IMG/VR virus record: IMGVR_UViG_3300024259_002152
Location: 62,001 to 126,000 of that record
Strand: one strand, 5' to 3'
Length of the DNA: 64,000 bases
Positions 1 to 12,400 of the stretch are shown piece by piece. Below the pieces are notes generated by a model. That model ran no database searches and was not told the origin of the DNA. It was given only the letters and a program-made list of their open reading frames with translations. The translations under genes and the position numbers were made by a program. Position 1 is the first letter of the stretch; every line of letters starts with the position of its first letter.

Positions 1-1
1 G

Positions 2-136
2 CTCCCAGAAGAAGTTTATCAAAAATATCAAAGCAATAAATTATCTAAAAGTTTGGATATTGATAGATTTAAACAAAATTATGATAAAGATGATACTAAT
101 TTTAAATTTGGGAACCCAGGATATTATAGGAAATAA
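2..136 (+). CDS. 3' end of an upstream gene (partial, ...KFGNPGYYRK*)
   Basis: Open frame from position 2 to TAA at 134-136, two nt before the next ATG at 139. Confidence 0.7.
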   Translation, partial: LPEEVYQKYQSNKLSKSLDIDRFKQNYDKDDTNFKFGNPGYYRK

Positions 137-138
137 TT

Positions 139-2397
139 ATGGCTATAGATTTAACATCTAATACTATTGCTCAGTATAAAATGAATGATAATTCTGCGAA
201 TACTGTTGTTATAGATTCTGCTAGAAATTATAACGGAATGTATGGCGGAGCAAATACTGACGCTAAAAGTGTTGTGGGAGTTATTAATACTGCTTTGTCT
301 TTTAATGGGATCAATAACTATATTGATACTAATCAAACATTTCAGTCTACTTTACAAAATAGTTTTTCTATAAATTTGTGGTGCAAAGATATTGGTGAAG
401 GTACCAATCAGCAGCATTTTGTGGCGGTAAGTTGGGGTTTATATATTTTAGAATTCTTTAAAACAGGAACGACTGTTGGAATAAATTATACTACTCAAGC
501 TCCTGTGCCTGTTTCAGCTATTATTACCAATACACCATTAACATCTTGGAGTATGGTTACTGCTGTTGTGGAAAATTTAGATGGCTCTAATACTAGAGCT
601 TTATTATACATCAATGGGGATTTAGTAAAAATTGGAACAACAATGGGTATACCCATGTCGGATTGGGGGACCGTTGGTACAAATCTTAATGTATATGTAG
701 GTTGTGGCAATATCGTTGGTCATGCAATTGAAAATTTTGATGGTTATCTTGATGATGTAAGAATATTTAATAAAGTATTAACTGTAGATGAAATATCATT
801 TCTTTATAATGATGGGACCGGAACCGAGTTATCATCTTCTGGAAATATTGATCTTATTAGCGCTCCTAGTATTATTTATCCAAATGGTGGAGAAACTTTT
901 ACAGAAGGAGATATAAATATTCAATGGGTAGAACCAGGAAATTTATCTACCACCGAGTTGATATGGTATGAAATTTTTATAACTGATGATTATGATCCTC
1001 ATAAAAAATCAGAGTTGATTCAAATAGCAACGATTCCTTCTGGCAATACGTCTTATAGTTATACTATACAAAAAAATCTTAAAGGGACTAGGAGTCGAAT
1101 TGGCATTAGAGCAACGGACAGTACTGGGCTGAGAAGTAATATGTCTTTCTCTGCGGATTATTTTATCATTACTAATGAAAGTCTACCATCTCCTTCTATG
1201 ATAGAACCAGTTAAAGGAGATACTTATTTTTCATATGTGCCTTTTATATTTGATCATAATGCAGTTATGGGCAGATCTTCACAAAGGAGTTTTTATCAGA
1301 TATATTATAAATCTGATAATCAAGATTTGGATTGGACTTTATTAAAGAGTAATATCATGGTCGGTTCAGATCCTATTAATATCGATGTAAGTAATTTTAT
1401 AACTAATTCTGATTATGTTTTTAAAATAGAGTTGGTTGATGGGGATAATGTTTCTTCTCCTGTTTTTATTGATAATATTAATATTAATAATATTAATTTG
1501 TTTCTTATTGATACTACTCCACCTTCTGGAACTGTTCGGATAGTAGATAATGAAGAATATACTAAGGATAAGAGTTTGATACTTAGAATATCGGCAAGTG
1601 ATGAAGTAACTTTTGTGAAAGATGTTCAGATTCAGCAAACTAATACACAATCTCAGTTATCAGTTACTGGAGAATATGTCCCTCTTACTCCTTTGTTGAC
1701 ATGGGATATCAAAGAGGAGATAGCGGGTGGGGGAGTTATTGATGGGGTTAAATTAATACAGGCTAGATTTAGAGATTATGGGGGGAATACTGTAACAGCT
1801 AGTCAGGAAAAATATTTTAGGACTTATAAAAATTTGGAAAACAGGGAAGTAACCTCTTTATTCTATGATCATGCTCAAGATAATTTATATTTTTCTTTTG
1901 CTGGTGATTTAATTTCCTCTGCTTCGGCGGAATTGTATAGAAATTTAACTTTTATATCTACGCTAGATGGAGATGCTACTGCTTTAGAAGTATATAATAA
2001 CGTGTTATATGTCGCTATAAAAGACGATGAAAATAAAGGTATTTTACAAAGGTTGACAGGCGGGTCTATTAATACTATTGCTGATAATGAAGATGAATTT
2101 TTAGATGTGTCAGAAACTGTTATAAATTCCTTATATTCTGCTGATTCAGTTATAAATGCAATGGAAGTGTTTGATAATGTTTTATTTTTAGGGTTGGATA
2201 ATGGGGAAATATTGAGTTTTAAGGGGGCAACAGTTTCTTCGGAAAATGATGATTATCTTAATCTTAAAAGTGTCAGAAACATAAGGACTGACGGTATTAT
2301 GTTATATATATTTTTCTATAATACTACAGAGATGTTGGTGATGAGCCAAGATTCTAGCGGAGATTATGTTTTTAGCACGGTGGATACGGAGAATTAA
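139..2397 (+). CDS. Putative virion structural/adhesin protein: N-terminal LamG/ConA-like domain followed by FN3/Ig-like segments
   Basis: 752 aa. IAQYKMND...ALSFNGINNYIDT...FSINLW...WSMVTAV...LYINGDL...FDGYLDDVRIFNKVLT is a typical LamG-like pattern; PSIIYPNGGE and Ig-like strands follow. Confidence 0.75.
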   Translation: MAIDLTSNTIAQYKMNDNSANTVVIDSARNYNGMYGGANTDAKSVVGVINTALSFNGINNYIDTNQTFQSTLQNSFSINLWCKDIGEGTNQQHFVAVSWGLYILEFFKTGTTVGINYTTQAPVPVSAIITNTPLTSWSMVTAVVENLDGSNTRALLYINGDLVKIGTTMGIPMSDWGTVGTNLNVYVGCGNIVGHAIENFDGYLDDVRIFNKVLTVDEISFLYNDGTGTELSSSGNIDLISAPSIIYPNGGETFTEGDINIQWVEPGNLSTTELIWYEIFITDDYDPHKKSELIQIATIPSGNTSYSYTIQKNLKGTRSRIGIRATDSTGLRSNMSFSADYFIITNESLPSPSMIEPVKGDTYFSYVPFIFDHNAVMGRSSQRSFYQIYYKSDNQDLDWTLLKSNIMVGSDPINIDVSNFITNSDYVFKIELVDGDNVSSPVFIDNININNINLFLIDTTPPSGTVRIVDNEEYTKDKSLILRISASDEVTFVKDVQIQQTNTQSQLSVTGEYVPLTPLLTWDIKEEIAGGGVIDGVKLIQARFRDYGGNTVTASQEKYFRTYKNLENREVTSLFYDHAQDNLYFSFAGDLISSASAELYRNLTFISTLDGDATALEVYNNVLYVAIKDDENKGILQRLTGGSINTIADNEDEFLDVSETVINSLYSADSVINAMEVFDNVLFLGLDNGEILSFKGATVSSENDDYLNLKSVRNIRTDGIMLYIFFYNTTEMLVMSQDSSGDYVFSTVDTEN

Positions 2398-2399
2398 CG

Positions 2400-3410
2400 A
2401 TGGCGACATTAAAATTATATTTAACTAGTTTAGAGCCAGATATGAATCAAACTATTTATTCTCAGTCAATAGGAGGGTATATTAGTAATTCTCTTATTTA
2501 TCCAGAAACTACTTTGGCAGCATCAATGGACTTATATAGTACTAATTTAAGTCTTGCTACCCCCGCTTCAGGAAGTTGGTCAGAATGGCAAGGAATAGAA
2601 TACATTAACGTTGGGAACGAGCTTATGAAAGTTCCTGCTGTAGTTAATGGTTCTATTGTGGTTACTCAAAGAGCTTATAATAATATTTATAATATCCATC
2701 TTTCAGGGGATGTAGCGAGAGCATCAGCATCTAAAGAGTTATTTAATGATAATTTTAATGATAGTTATAAACAATATAGATGTATTGCAATAAAGAATGT
2801 TTCTACAGATTCTACCGATCCTTCCAATGAACAAGTTGCTTATAATTTAGCAGTATATATAAAACAAAATAGTAGGAGTGTTAACTCTTCTATCAAAATA
2901 TCTTTAGAAAGGCCTTCTAGTGGATATATAACAGGGACTGCTACTAGTTGGAGCACAATGCAATTGATTGATACTTCTTTAATTGGTGTTTATGATGATG
3001 ATTATTTTAAAGAATCTTATTTAAAAATAACAAGTGGTGGGGCCATTGGCCAGGGGAAAATAATTAGTAGTTTTGATAATGATACTGGGACTTTTACTTT
3101 TTATAGTTCTTTTTCATCTGCTTTTGATTTTTCTGGGACTGTGGAGTATGAAATATTACCTGCTCCTGCTCAAAGAATTAAAACTGGAACGGTTTCTCCT
3201 GTGGTGGGAAATATTAATGTGACACAGTTTTTTATTCCTGATTCAAATACTCCGTTAACTTTTTATGAGCAGCCTAGTGTTTTTAATATGGGTGATTTAT
3301 TTCCAAATGATATCATGTACGTATGGGTTGAAAGATATGTGGAAAAAGGTAGTGCTGAGTTTTTAAATAATGATTTTGTTATAAACGCTAGATATAAGGT
3401 AACAGAATAA
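2400..3410 (+). CDS. Hypothetical structural protein
   Basis: 336 aa inside the tightly packed structural operon; SIGGYIS...YRCIAIKN pattern that I associate with phage tail-associated proteins. Confidence 0.55.
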   Translation: MATLKLYLTSLEPDMNQTIYSQSIGGYISNSLIYPETTLAASMDLYSTNLSLATPASGSWSEWQGIEYINVGNELMKVPAVVNGSIVVTQRAYNNIYNIHLSGDVARASASKELFNDNFNDSYKQYRCIAIKNVSTDSTDPSNEQVAYNLAVYIKQNSRSVNSSIKISLERPSSGYITGTATSWSTMQLIDTSLIGVYDDDYFKESYLKITSGGAIGQGKIISSFDNDTGTFTFYSSFSSAFDFSGTVEYEILPAPAQRIKTGTVSPVVGNINVTQFFIPDSNTPLTFYEQPSVFNMGDLFPNDIMYVWVERYVEKGSAEFLNNDFVINARYKVTE

Positions 3411-3411
3411 T

Positions 3412-4392
3412 ATGTTTATAAATGATTTGAAATTTTTAGTAAGATTTAGTTCTTCTTCTATGTTTGAAGAAGTTAGTCAAACAAATTTAGTACCTATAGG
3501 AGATAATATAACTCCGTCTATTTCTACTGGTGGGTATTTAATGCAGAATGACCAATATTTACTTGGTGATGGGATTGGATCGAATGGTTATAATTTGAGT
3601 GTTACTGATGAATATGCTCTTGGTTTTTGGTTATATTCTGCCAGTCCAGGTCTTGTGATTGATTCCCTTTCTGGAGTCTTAGTATCTATTGAAATGCCTG
3701 TATTGAATTTTGTAGATGTGAGTAGCGCAGAACATACAATTATAGAGATAACAGAGCATACTCAAACTTCTGGTAATAATTCTTTGAAGTTATCAGAGAG
3801 AGGAGGGTATTCTGTTTTTACAGAAGAATACTTACCTAATAAATGGCATTATTTCTGGGTGTCTCGTATCACAGGTCATTTGAGAATTTTTGTAGATGGG
3901 TCTGAACAAACTCTGCAAGATGAAACAGGATCTCGTTCTTCAAATTTAATGGAAGGGTTAGGTTCTCTTTTAAATCTATATGTAAATCATAGTTTAGATG
4001 GTTACTCTACTAGTGTTGCTAAAAACACAGGTATTATTGATGATATATTCTTTTTAAATGTTAGAAATAGTTCTCAAACAGATATTCAGAGATCTATTAA
4101 TGATGGCGTGCTTTATGTAGTAGATGATATTTTTACGGGAACTAATATTGTTAAATCAGATATTTATATGAATGATCCAGAAACGATTACCATTAATTCT
4201 ATGATTGATGATTTAAGCTATATTTTCATAGGTAGAAATGATGGCAAAATAATGAGAGGATCGTCTTTATTCTGGGAGACAAGAAGGTCTTTTTCTGATT
4301 CTGCTGAATTTTCTGGTTTTGACTTTAGCGGATCATCTAGTGGTCAAACTGGAGGTTTTTTAAGATTGATTAATGATACTATAAGGTTATAA
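3412..4392 (+). CDS. Hypothetical structural protein with divergent LamG-like domain
   Basis: 326 aa; YALGFWLY, NKWHYFWVSR, LRIFVDG, IIDDIFFLN resemble a ConA-like fold. Confidence 0.55.
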   Translation: MFINDLKFLVRFSSSSMFEEVSQTNLVPIGDNITPSISTGGYLMQNDQYLLGDGIGSNGYNLSVTDEYALGFWLYSASPGLVIDSLSGVLVSIEMPVLNFVDVSSAEHTIIEITEHTQTSGNNSLKLSERGGYSVFTEEYLPNKWHYFWVSRITGHLRIFVDGSEQTLQDETGSRSSNLMEGLGSLLNLYVNHSLDGYSTSVAKNTGIIDDIFFLNVRNSSQTDIQRSINDGVLYVVDDIFTGTNIVKSDIYMNDPETITINSMIDDLSYIFIGRNDGKIMRGSSLFWETRRSFSDSAEFSGFDFSGSSSGQTGGFLRLINDTIRL

Positions 4393-4394
4393 AA

Positions 4395-6482
4395 ATGAAT
4401 TTGCAATTAACATTAAAATTAAATAATCAGGCAGTCACTGATCATACTTTTAGAATCAGAATATTGAATGATTATCCGATATGGAGCTGGGTATTTGATA
4501 CGGTTGATAAGGTTTCTATAGACCCTAATACTGGAGTTGTTACTGATGTAGGGGATTTCAGTCAAGTAGGTTATGAAATAAAAATAGGTACTTCTGATTA
4601 TGGTATAGGGACTATTGATTTTGTAGGAGATGTGGTTAGAACGGGGTATACAACTAGTCAAGAGTTATTTTGGTCATATAAAGGTTTGTCTTTGGCAAGA
4701 GGGGTTAAGTATTATGGCCAAATATATGCTATTGATGAGTTGAGTAGATCGACTGATATCTCTACTTTTTCATTTTTTTATAATGAGTTGCCATTTGTAA
4801 ATAATGTGGTTATTTCTCCTGCTAATCCCGCTCCTACTGATAATCTTATATTAACTTATGATTTTTTTGACGTGGACGGAGATTTAGAGTCAGGAACAAT
4901 TATAAGATGGTTTAAAAATGGAGTACATCAGAGACAATTTGATAATGCTACTAGTATAGTTTCCTCTTTTTTACAGAATGAAGATATATGGAATGCTGAT
5001 GTGTATCCGTCAGATGGATTTGAGTATGGAGTGAGAGTAACTTCTCCTCAAATAAAAATAGCAGCTACAGCTATTACTGTTTCTGAGTTAGCGGTATTGC
5101 CTTCGCATCCTAATCCTAATGATATTTTAAAAGCTGCTTATGAAACTAGTAGCGAATTAGAGTCTAGTAATGTATCTATTAGATGGTACATTAATAATAG
5201 AATTTTCCAGGATTTCAATGACCAGCAGTTTGTTAGACTTAATATAGAAGAAAATGATCAAGTTCGATTTGAAATTAAACATAATGATGCTTCTGTTTAT
5301 ACCTCTTCTTCTATAGTTACGGTTGTAGCTTCTGATTTTATTGTTACAGGCATACAAATAGATGGCAAAAGCGATCCTTTAGATGTTTCTACAATAACTC
5401 CCCATGTTAGATGGAAGAGATTTATTCCGGATGGTAAAAGTGTGAATTATATATCTATAAAAATAGGAACTTTTTTTGAGGCGAATAATATATATTCTAC
5501 AGTTATTACGGGAGATAGAAATACATTTACGATTCCTACAAATATTTTAGAAAAAGGTAGAGATTATTACATTGGTATTGCTTTGAGCGATACTTCAACT
5601 TTTAACAAGTATTCTACAAGTCATTTTAGAGTTAGGGGCAGTAGGTGGGAAGAGGATGTTTCTAACTCAACAGGATGGACTTTTGAGGTTATGTTTGTAG
5701 TTAATGCAGGAGGTACTTCCGAAGATTATCAAACTATTAGGATTAATGATGGTGATAGATTTGCAGAAGTTAGGATATATAATAGTAAAATATCTTTGAT
5801 TTCTGGTTCTCAGTTAGAATACACAGTATCAACGACTACCAACAATTTTTTAACAGTAGCTGCTCGAGATGATGATATAAAGATTTATTTAAATCGAGAT
5901 TTAATAATAAATGGAGAAGGAATTTTTACGCAAACTTCTAATATAAAAAGATTAGAGATATCTCATGATAATGCGACTTCTCTATTTTCGGTTGATTATA
6001 AATATTTTTTCTATACAACTTCAGGATATTTTCTGCCTGATGTTTCAAGTGAATATACTAATTTGCAATTTCATGATTACATCGAATTTCAGAACAATGA
6101 AGTGATTGCTTTGCAGGGGTATGTTGGAGGTAAATATGTTTTTGGTCTTAACTCAGACAGCGAAAATGAGAGTAGCACTATTTATGCGATTAGGGCAGGA
6201 GATATTAAAGAAACAGGAACAATTGCTCGAACATATTCTCCTATTAATAGGATAAATAAATCTCCAGATGGAAAATTTACTGTGGCCGCTCATGCAAAAG
6301 GGGCTACTATTATTACGGGATATTTGATAAATCCTTTTAATCATTCAATGATTTTTGTTGATGCTAATAATAATTTAAATGAGACGTTTCCCACAGCAAG
6401 CGGGTGGGAATTAGTTGAGAATATTAATATCGATTCTGCTTATTTTCAATCAGATGGTTTTCATATAGATACTATCCAATAA
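4395..6482 (+). CDS. Structural protein with Ig/FN3-like repeats
   Basis: 695 aa; repeated P(A/S)xP(A/N)PxDxL...Y...I.W(F/Y).N modules and LEKGRDYYIGI FN3-like strand. Confidence 0.6.
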   Translation: MNLQLTLKLNNQAVTDHTFRIRILNDYPIWSWVFDTVDKVSIDPNTGVVTDVGDFSQVGYEIKIGTSDYGIGTIDFVGDVVRTGYTTSQELFWSYKGLSLARGVKYYGQIYAIDELSRSTDISTFSFFYNELPFVNNVVISPANPAPTDNLILTYDFFDVDGDLESGTIIRWFKNGVHQRQFDNATSIVSSFLQNEDIWNADVYPSDGFEYGVRVTSPQIKIAATAITVSELAVLPSHPNPNDILKAAYETSSELESSNVSIRWYINNRIFQDFNDQQFVRLNIEENDQVRFEIKHNDASVYTSSSIVTVVASDFIVTGIQIDGKSDPLDVSTITPHVRWKRFIPDGKSVNYISIKIGTFFEANNIYSTVITGDRNTFTIPTNILEKGRDYYIGIALSDTSTFNKYSTSHFRVRGSRWEEDVSNSTGWTFEVMFVVNAGGTSEDYQTIRINDGDRFAEVRIYNSKISLISGSQLEYTVSTTTNNFLTVAARDDDIKIYLNRDLIINGEGIFTQTSNIKRLEISHDNATSLFSVDYKYFFYTTSGYFLPDVSSEYTNLQFHDYIEFQNNEVIALQGYVGGKYVFGLNSDSENESSTIYAIRAGDIKETGTIARTYSPINRINKSPDGKFTVAAHAKGATIITGYLINPFNHSMIFVDANNNLNETFPTASGWELVENINIDSAYFQSDGFHIDTIQ

Positions 6483-6497
6483 AGATTTGGAGCAAAC

Positions 6498-9400
6498 ATG
6501 AGTTTATATAGTAATTTAATTGCACAGTGGAAATTTAATGGTAGTCTTTTAGAAACAAAAGGCAATCATCCTGGCTCATGGACAGGTGGTTATGGTAATG
6601 AAACATACAGCTTTGGAGTCAATGGGGATCTTGATAGCTCTATAGATTTAATTGGAGTTAATGACTATGTCCGTATAGCTGACGATTCAAGATTGCAATT
6701 GAGTGAATTCTCTATATCTTTATGGATTCATCCTAGCGATTTGGGTAATGGTGATACACTTGTGTATTACGGAGAGACGACTAGTCCAAGTCAAGGAGAT
6801 GATGGATGGGGGATATATTACAAAAGCGGGTATATTCGCCTAACTGTTGGAGATAGGTCAAATTATTCTTCTTTTCCAGAAGCTATTGTTGGACCTATGG
6901 CTATGTGGCATCATATTGTTTGTACATATGATGGGGCTATTGGTAAGGTGTATGTTGATTCTAATAAAGGGGAGGATGGTGGACTAACTTTTAACGGATA
7001 TGGCAATTCAACTTTTGTTATTGGGGATGATGGTTCTAGATTATATCATACCAATAGTTTGTTCGATAATGTATGTTATTTTAACAGGGTATTAGACCAA
7101 GATGAAATAAATATTTTATACAATTCTGGGAATGGTATAGAGGATTTGACGGTATTTGATGATTCGTTAGCAATTGATTCTGCTATTAATGAATATGGAG
7201 ATGAAGCCAATAAAGGAGGAACATGGTATTATACTCAAAATAAGTTTGGTTCTGATTGGGTTAATAAGGTAGATAATTCAAAAGGGTGGACAGTAGATTT
7301 TAATTTGAGAGTAGAAAATGTTGTAGATAGCGATTGGATTATTGATGAAAATAACAAGGGCAGAGGAATAGGATTGTACGTAAACGACGGGACAAAACAA
7401 GAAACAATCAATTTTCTCATGCAGCAAATTGTTTTTGCTAATGCTAATCATACTGAAATTTATGACACAACTCAAGAAATAAATTATAGGTTAACTGGTC
7501 AAAATAATAATTTGAAACTTTATGCTCGTCCTGCATCTGATGCTACTTACAAACAAATATCAGATGTTAATTTCACCATGGACGCCACAGTAAATGGTAA
7601 TTCTTTAAATCCTGTTGTTTTTGAAGATACCAATAGTAATTTACATGTTGTGTGGTGGGATGATGGAGGAAATCTAGGTTCTATTTATTATTCTAAATTT
7701 AATGGAACGACATGGACAAATCCTGAAGAAATTGTTTCTTTGGATAATGGGGTTCAATTTCCTTCGATTGTTGTTGATGGGGAAGAAACTGTTTATGTTT
7801 CTTTCGAATCAAAACAGACTGAAGGGAGCGTAATAGGTTTCGTTTATAGAAATAATTTGGGATGGAGTGAGCCATATTATACAGGTGTGGATATAGGCTA
7901 TTGTAAATATCCTCAAATGACACTGGATAGTTTATCTAATCCTTGCGTTGTTTGGGAGGATCATAGAAGAACTCATCAAGAAATATATTTGAATATATTT
8001 TTGGCAGATGAGCTGAGATGGAGAGGGGAAGAAAAAGTATCTACTAATTTATTTGGTAGTTATCGTCCATCCATTTCTTCTTATATGGATGATTTATTTA
8101 TCACATGGTCATCAGTTTCTCAAGATGTTACTTCTCATATAGAGATAATGAGATATAATGTTTTGAATTCTTCCAAATTGTCTGCCGTTACAATCTCTAG
8201 GACTGATAGTAGAGCTGATCATTCTAATGTTCTTTGTAATGTTGGTGGAAAAGTGTTTGTGGTCTGGCATGATAATCCTGATGGTAAATATAAGATTTAT
8301 TCAACTATTTTATCTCCGTCTTTAGATGTTTTAACGAATGAATTTGCTATTGTAGAGGGTCATGGAGGGGCCAAGTATCCTACTTTATCAGAGCAACTTG
8401 CTACAGGTTATATTTATATAGCGTGGCAAGATTATAAGACTGGTGATTATAATGAATTTGGTATAGATCTTGATCCGTCAGATCTTGATCCATACGGGGA
8501 ACGCTCAGTGCAATCTTTAGAGCCTTCTGATTCAGCTATATTTGTTGCTCTTTATAATGGGAATTATCTGTCTAGTGGTAATGGATCTTTTGATGTAAAG
8601 ATGGTATTTGATGACGATAGAAATTCTTATGCTCCTGCCATTCCTATATTTTTTAATGGAGAATTGCCAATATTGTATGAGTCATATTTATTTGATGAAT
8701 ATGGTTTTTTAAATAATAATGATCTGTTACGTAGAGTTAGATGTGCTTTTTATTCTTTAGATAGGAGTAGTGCGGAATTTTTGGCTGACAACGTAACTAT
8801 ATCAGATCCGTCATCTAGAATATTTAATATTCATAGAGATTATATTTTAAATGAGAATATATCGACTAAGGAAATACGATTTGGAGATTTTTCTGATGTT
8901 ATAGATTCTCATTATGTGTTTAAGGAGTTTAAATATTACATAGACGACGCTGTTGAACCATATGATATTAAAGAAATAGATTATAGCTCGATAGGAATCG
9001 ATTCTATATCTGCATCAGATGCTGTTATTAATAATTATGGTGATGCATGGATTGTTGGTATTTGCGGGGCTTATTTTTACTATAATCATCAGAGTAGGTC
9101 TCTGGAAATAGGGAGAGATTTGCCAGGAATAGAAGATGATATAGATAATGAAGATATAGCATCATGGAGCAATATGAAAGCAATATCTTTTGATGTATAT
9201 AATAATTTATTTATTGGTGGTTATGGCAGTGATGATAAGGGATTAATAAGGTATAGTTTTAATCATGTTGATGGATTTAAAGATTTGTCAATAACAGATC
9301 TTCCAAGCGATGTAGTTATTACATCTATGATATTTGATAAGGATAATAGATTATATGTAGGAACATCTTCATTAGTGGATGGTGTCTCATCTGGGCTTTA

Positions 9401-12400
9401 TGGCTTTGATTTGTCTTATACCGAGATAGTGACTGACGGGATTGCTGATATAACAATTAATGCTACTGGGTTTAGAAATAGCGGAGGAGAGGTAAGTCTA
9501 ACATCGATATTCTCAGAGTTCCCAAATGTTTTGACAGATACTATATCTTCATTGAAAGTAGATGATAATAATAATATTTGGATTTGTACTAATAGTGGTT
9601 TGTATAGGCTTTATAAGAATAAGGCATTATGTTTTACGACTTCTAATGGATTGCCTTCTAATAAAATAAATGATATAGCTGTTAGGAATACAGCGATAAG
9701 ATATATTGCTACTGCTAATGGTATAGCTAAAATGGTAGGATTTAATTTTGATAATTTTATAACATCCGAAGATGAAACTATATGGAATAATAATGTTAAA
9801 AGTATAATGTGGAAAAATCCTAATGTTTTATTAGCTGGTACTATGTCAAGATTGAATCAGATCATTATTAATGATGTTGATGAAACATATTCTACAGCAA
9901 TTTATGAACCTGCATCTTCTATTAATGTGTCTCCAGATGATTTGCAAACATATTATTTAGATAATCCTACAATTGCTGAAGATGACATTGTTGAAGTCTA
10001 TATAAATGGAAATAAAATACATTACGGATATGTTGTTAGTATTGATAAAAAAACGATAAGATTTGGAATGTCTCTTAATAATGATGATATTGTGGAAGTG
10101 GTTGCTAGGAGTGATTTAGAAGTTGTTTCTGATTTTTCCCAGACTATTGCCGAAAGAACAGATATTGGTAGCACTTTATTAAAGATTAAAGATATTGCTG
10201 TTAGGGATAATCAAGATGGAACTGGAGATGTATTTGTTATTTCGGAAGGGTCCGAGAATGAGGTAAAAATAAATGATGCTGATAGTGTTCTACCTTTTGA
10301 TAGAGTTCATCTTGATACTCATGCTCCAATTTTTTTAAACAGTGGTGAGGGAATTAAAATAGGAGAACAAATTGATAGAAGTGTTGTTCGTATTAATATC
10401 GGAGGAGCAACAGATGATGTGTTTGAGACGGAGGGTGATTCTACCACTTCTTTAGTATCAGCAGGATCTGGTATAGATAGTATGATAATATCTAATAATG
10501 AAGAATTTTTAGATAATGACGGTATTACTCCGTTGGTTGCTATTCCATTTTCTAATTCTGCGACTCATGATTTAGGTTTGTCATTAGAAAATATTGTTAA
10601 GAATCTAACTTTGACTAGCGGGGAGGGTTCAGTTATTTCATACATATCAGATGAAAATGAATTATATGTAGGAGTTTCTAAACCAGCTATTGTTTATAAA
10701 TATAATTGGGATACAGAAGTGTGGGATGAGTTGTATACTTACGATACGGACCAATATGTTGATTTTATAGAAAAATATAATAACAATCTTATGATAAGTA
10801 TAGGTCACGATACAGATCCTGCTATTATTTATACTTACACGTATAATAGTGGAACTTTGCAAGCTAATAGTGTTTTACCTTTATTTGAATCTAGAGCTTA
10901 TTCTTCTCATATTCTAGATGGTAAGTTTTATATTGGAACTGGTATAGGATCTGGAGATGAATATACTAGTGGCTCTGGATCAAGTGGAGCCATCTATTTG
11001 TTTGATGATGGAACTACGCAAGCCATAGATCCTTCTTTATCTAAAGTAGTAGATGATCTAGATGAAAATGTTTATGGTTTAACGAGTGCTTTAGGTAGTT
11101 CTAATTTGTTAGCATCAACAGGTCCGAGTGCTTATATCTATGAAGTTGATATAGAAAATCAGGCTTCATTTATTATTTATAACTCTACTGAGGCTATTGT
11201 TTCTCTAAATCATCAGGGAGATATAGGAGAAACTTTTGCTGGATCAGAAACGAGTGGAGTTATTAGAAGATCAATTACTTCTAATAATACTTATGATATA
11301 TCTTTTAGAACAACGCCTGGCAAAGTAAGTGTTTTAAAGATTTTTCCTGTTATTACGGGGATTGAAGGGGCAACGAGTTATTCTTCTACTTTTGCTGCTG
11401 TGGGTAATGTTATTTATTATTTGTCTGATGCTGGGACATGGGTATGGAAATATACCCATAACGAAATTATCAACGATATGACATTTGATAATAGATCTAT
11501 TTCTAATGTATTATATGTAATTTCTGATACTGGTGTTACAAAAATTAATCCTCTAGTTTCAGAAAAAGTTGTATACTTAAAACTGATTGATAGAGCAGGT
11601 AATGCGTCTGTTCTCGATGTTTCTCTTGAATCTGACGGGAGCGTAGATGTAGATAGTAGTAAGTTTGTGGATGGGGTTGCTATAGCAAGTTTGGTTGATT
11701 TTGTAAGTGAAAATATGATTTTTGAGTTAGACGAATTAGGAAATAATCTTTATACTTTAACTGGTGATAGTAGATTTTATTCTGCTGGAAAAATAGAAGA
11801 GGAGAAGGGAGAATATGTTAGTGAAATATTTGATGGTACAAATGATCTTGTTAAATGGGAAACTCTTTCATGGCAAGTAACAGAATTATTTGATACTCAA
11901 GTTTTGATATATGTTAGAACTTCGACATCTTCTAATGATATATTAACAGCAGCATGGCAAGGTCCGTATTCTAGTTTGCAATCTGCTGGAGTCGCTCTGA
12001 GTCATTTGCTTGGTCAATTTATACAATTTAAAGCAGTGTTAATAAGTAATGCAAAGGGTATGTCTCCTACTTTTCATAGGGCAACTATTAGAGCAATTAC
12101 AAGTGAATCGGTTCATTTCTTTACTACTAATTTTGCGATGCCAACAAAACTTAATAAAGGTATTATAACTAGTAAGAAAGTAGTCCCTGTGGCGGCAGAT
12201 GTTGTTTTCGGTCTTAATACAACGAATTCTATTGATTGGACTGAGTATCAGGAGGTTGATGAAAATAGGATATTTAATATTAATCAAACAGGTCATAATT
12301 TAAGAGTAGGGATTAAATTTATAAGTCCTAATCGTTCTACGATAGATACAACAGATTTTGGAGAATATGGTCCATATGATTCTAATTTATATGTTAATAC

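Noticed and set aside
8464-8492. AGATCTTGATCC direct repeat (DLDPSDLDP) and the Ser-rich run at ~24160-24190
   Set aside because: Short in-frame linker low-complexity with no evidence of a regulatory or mobile role.
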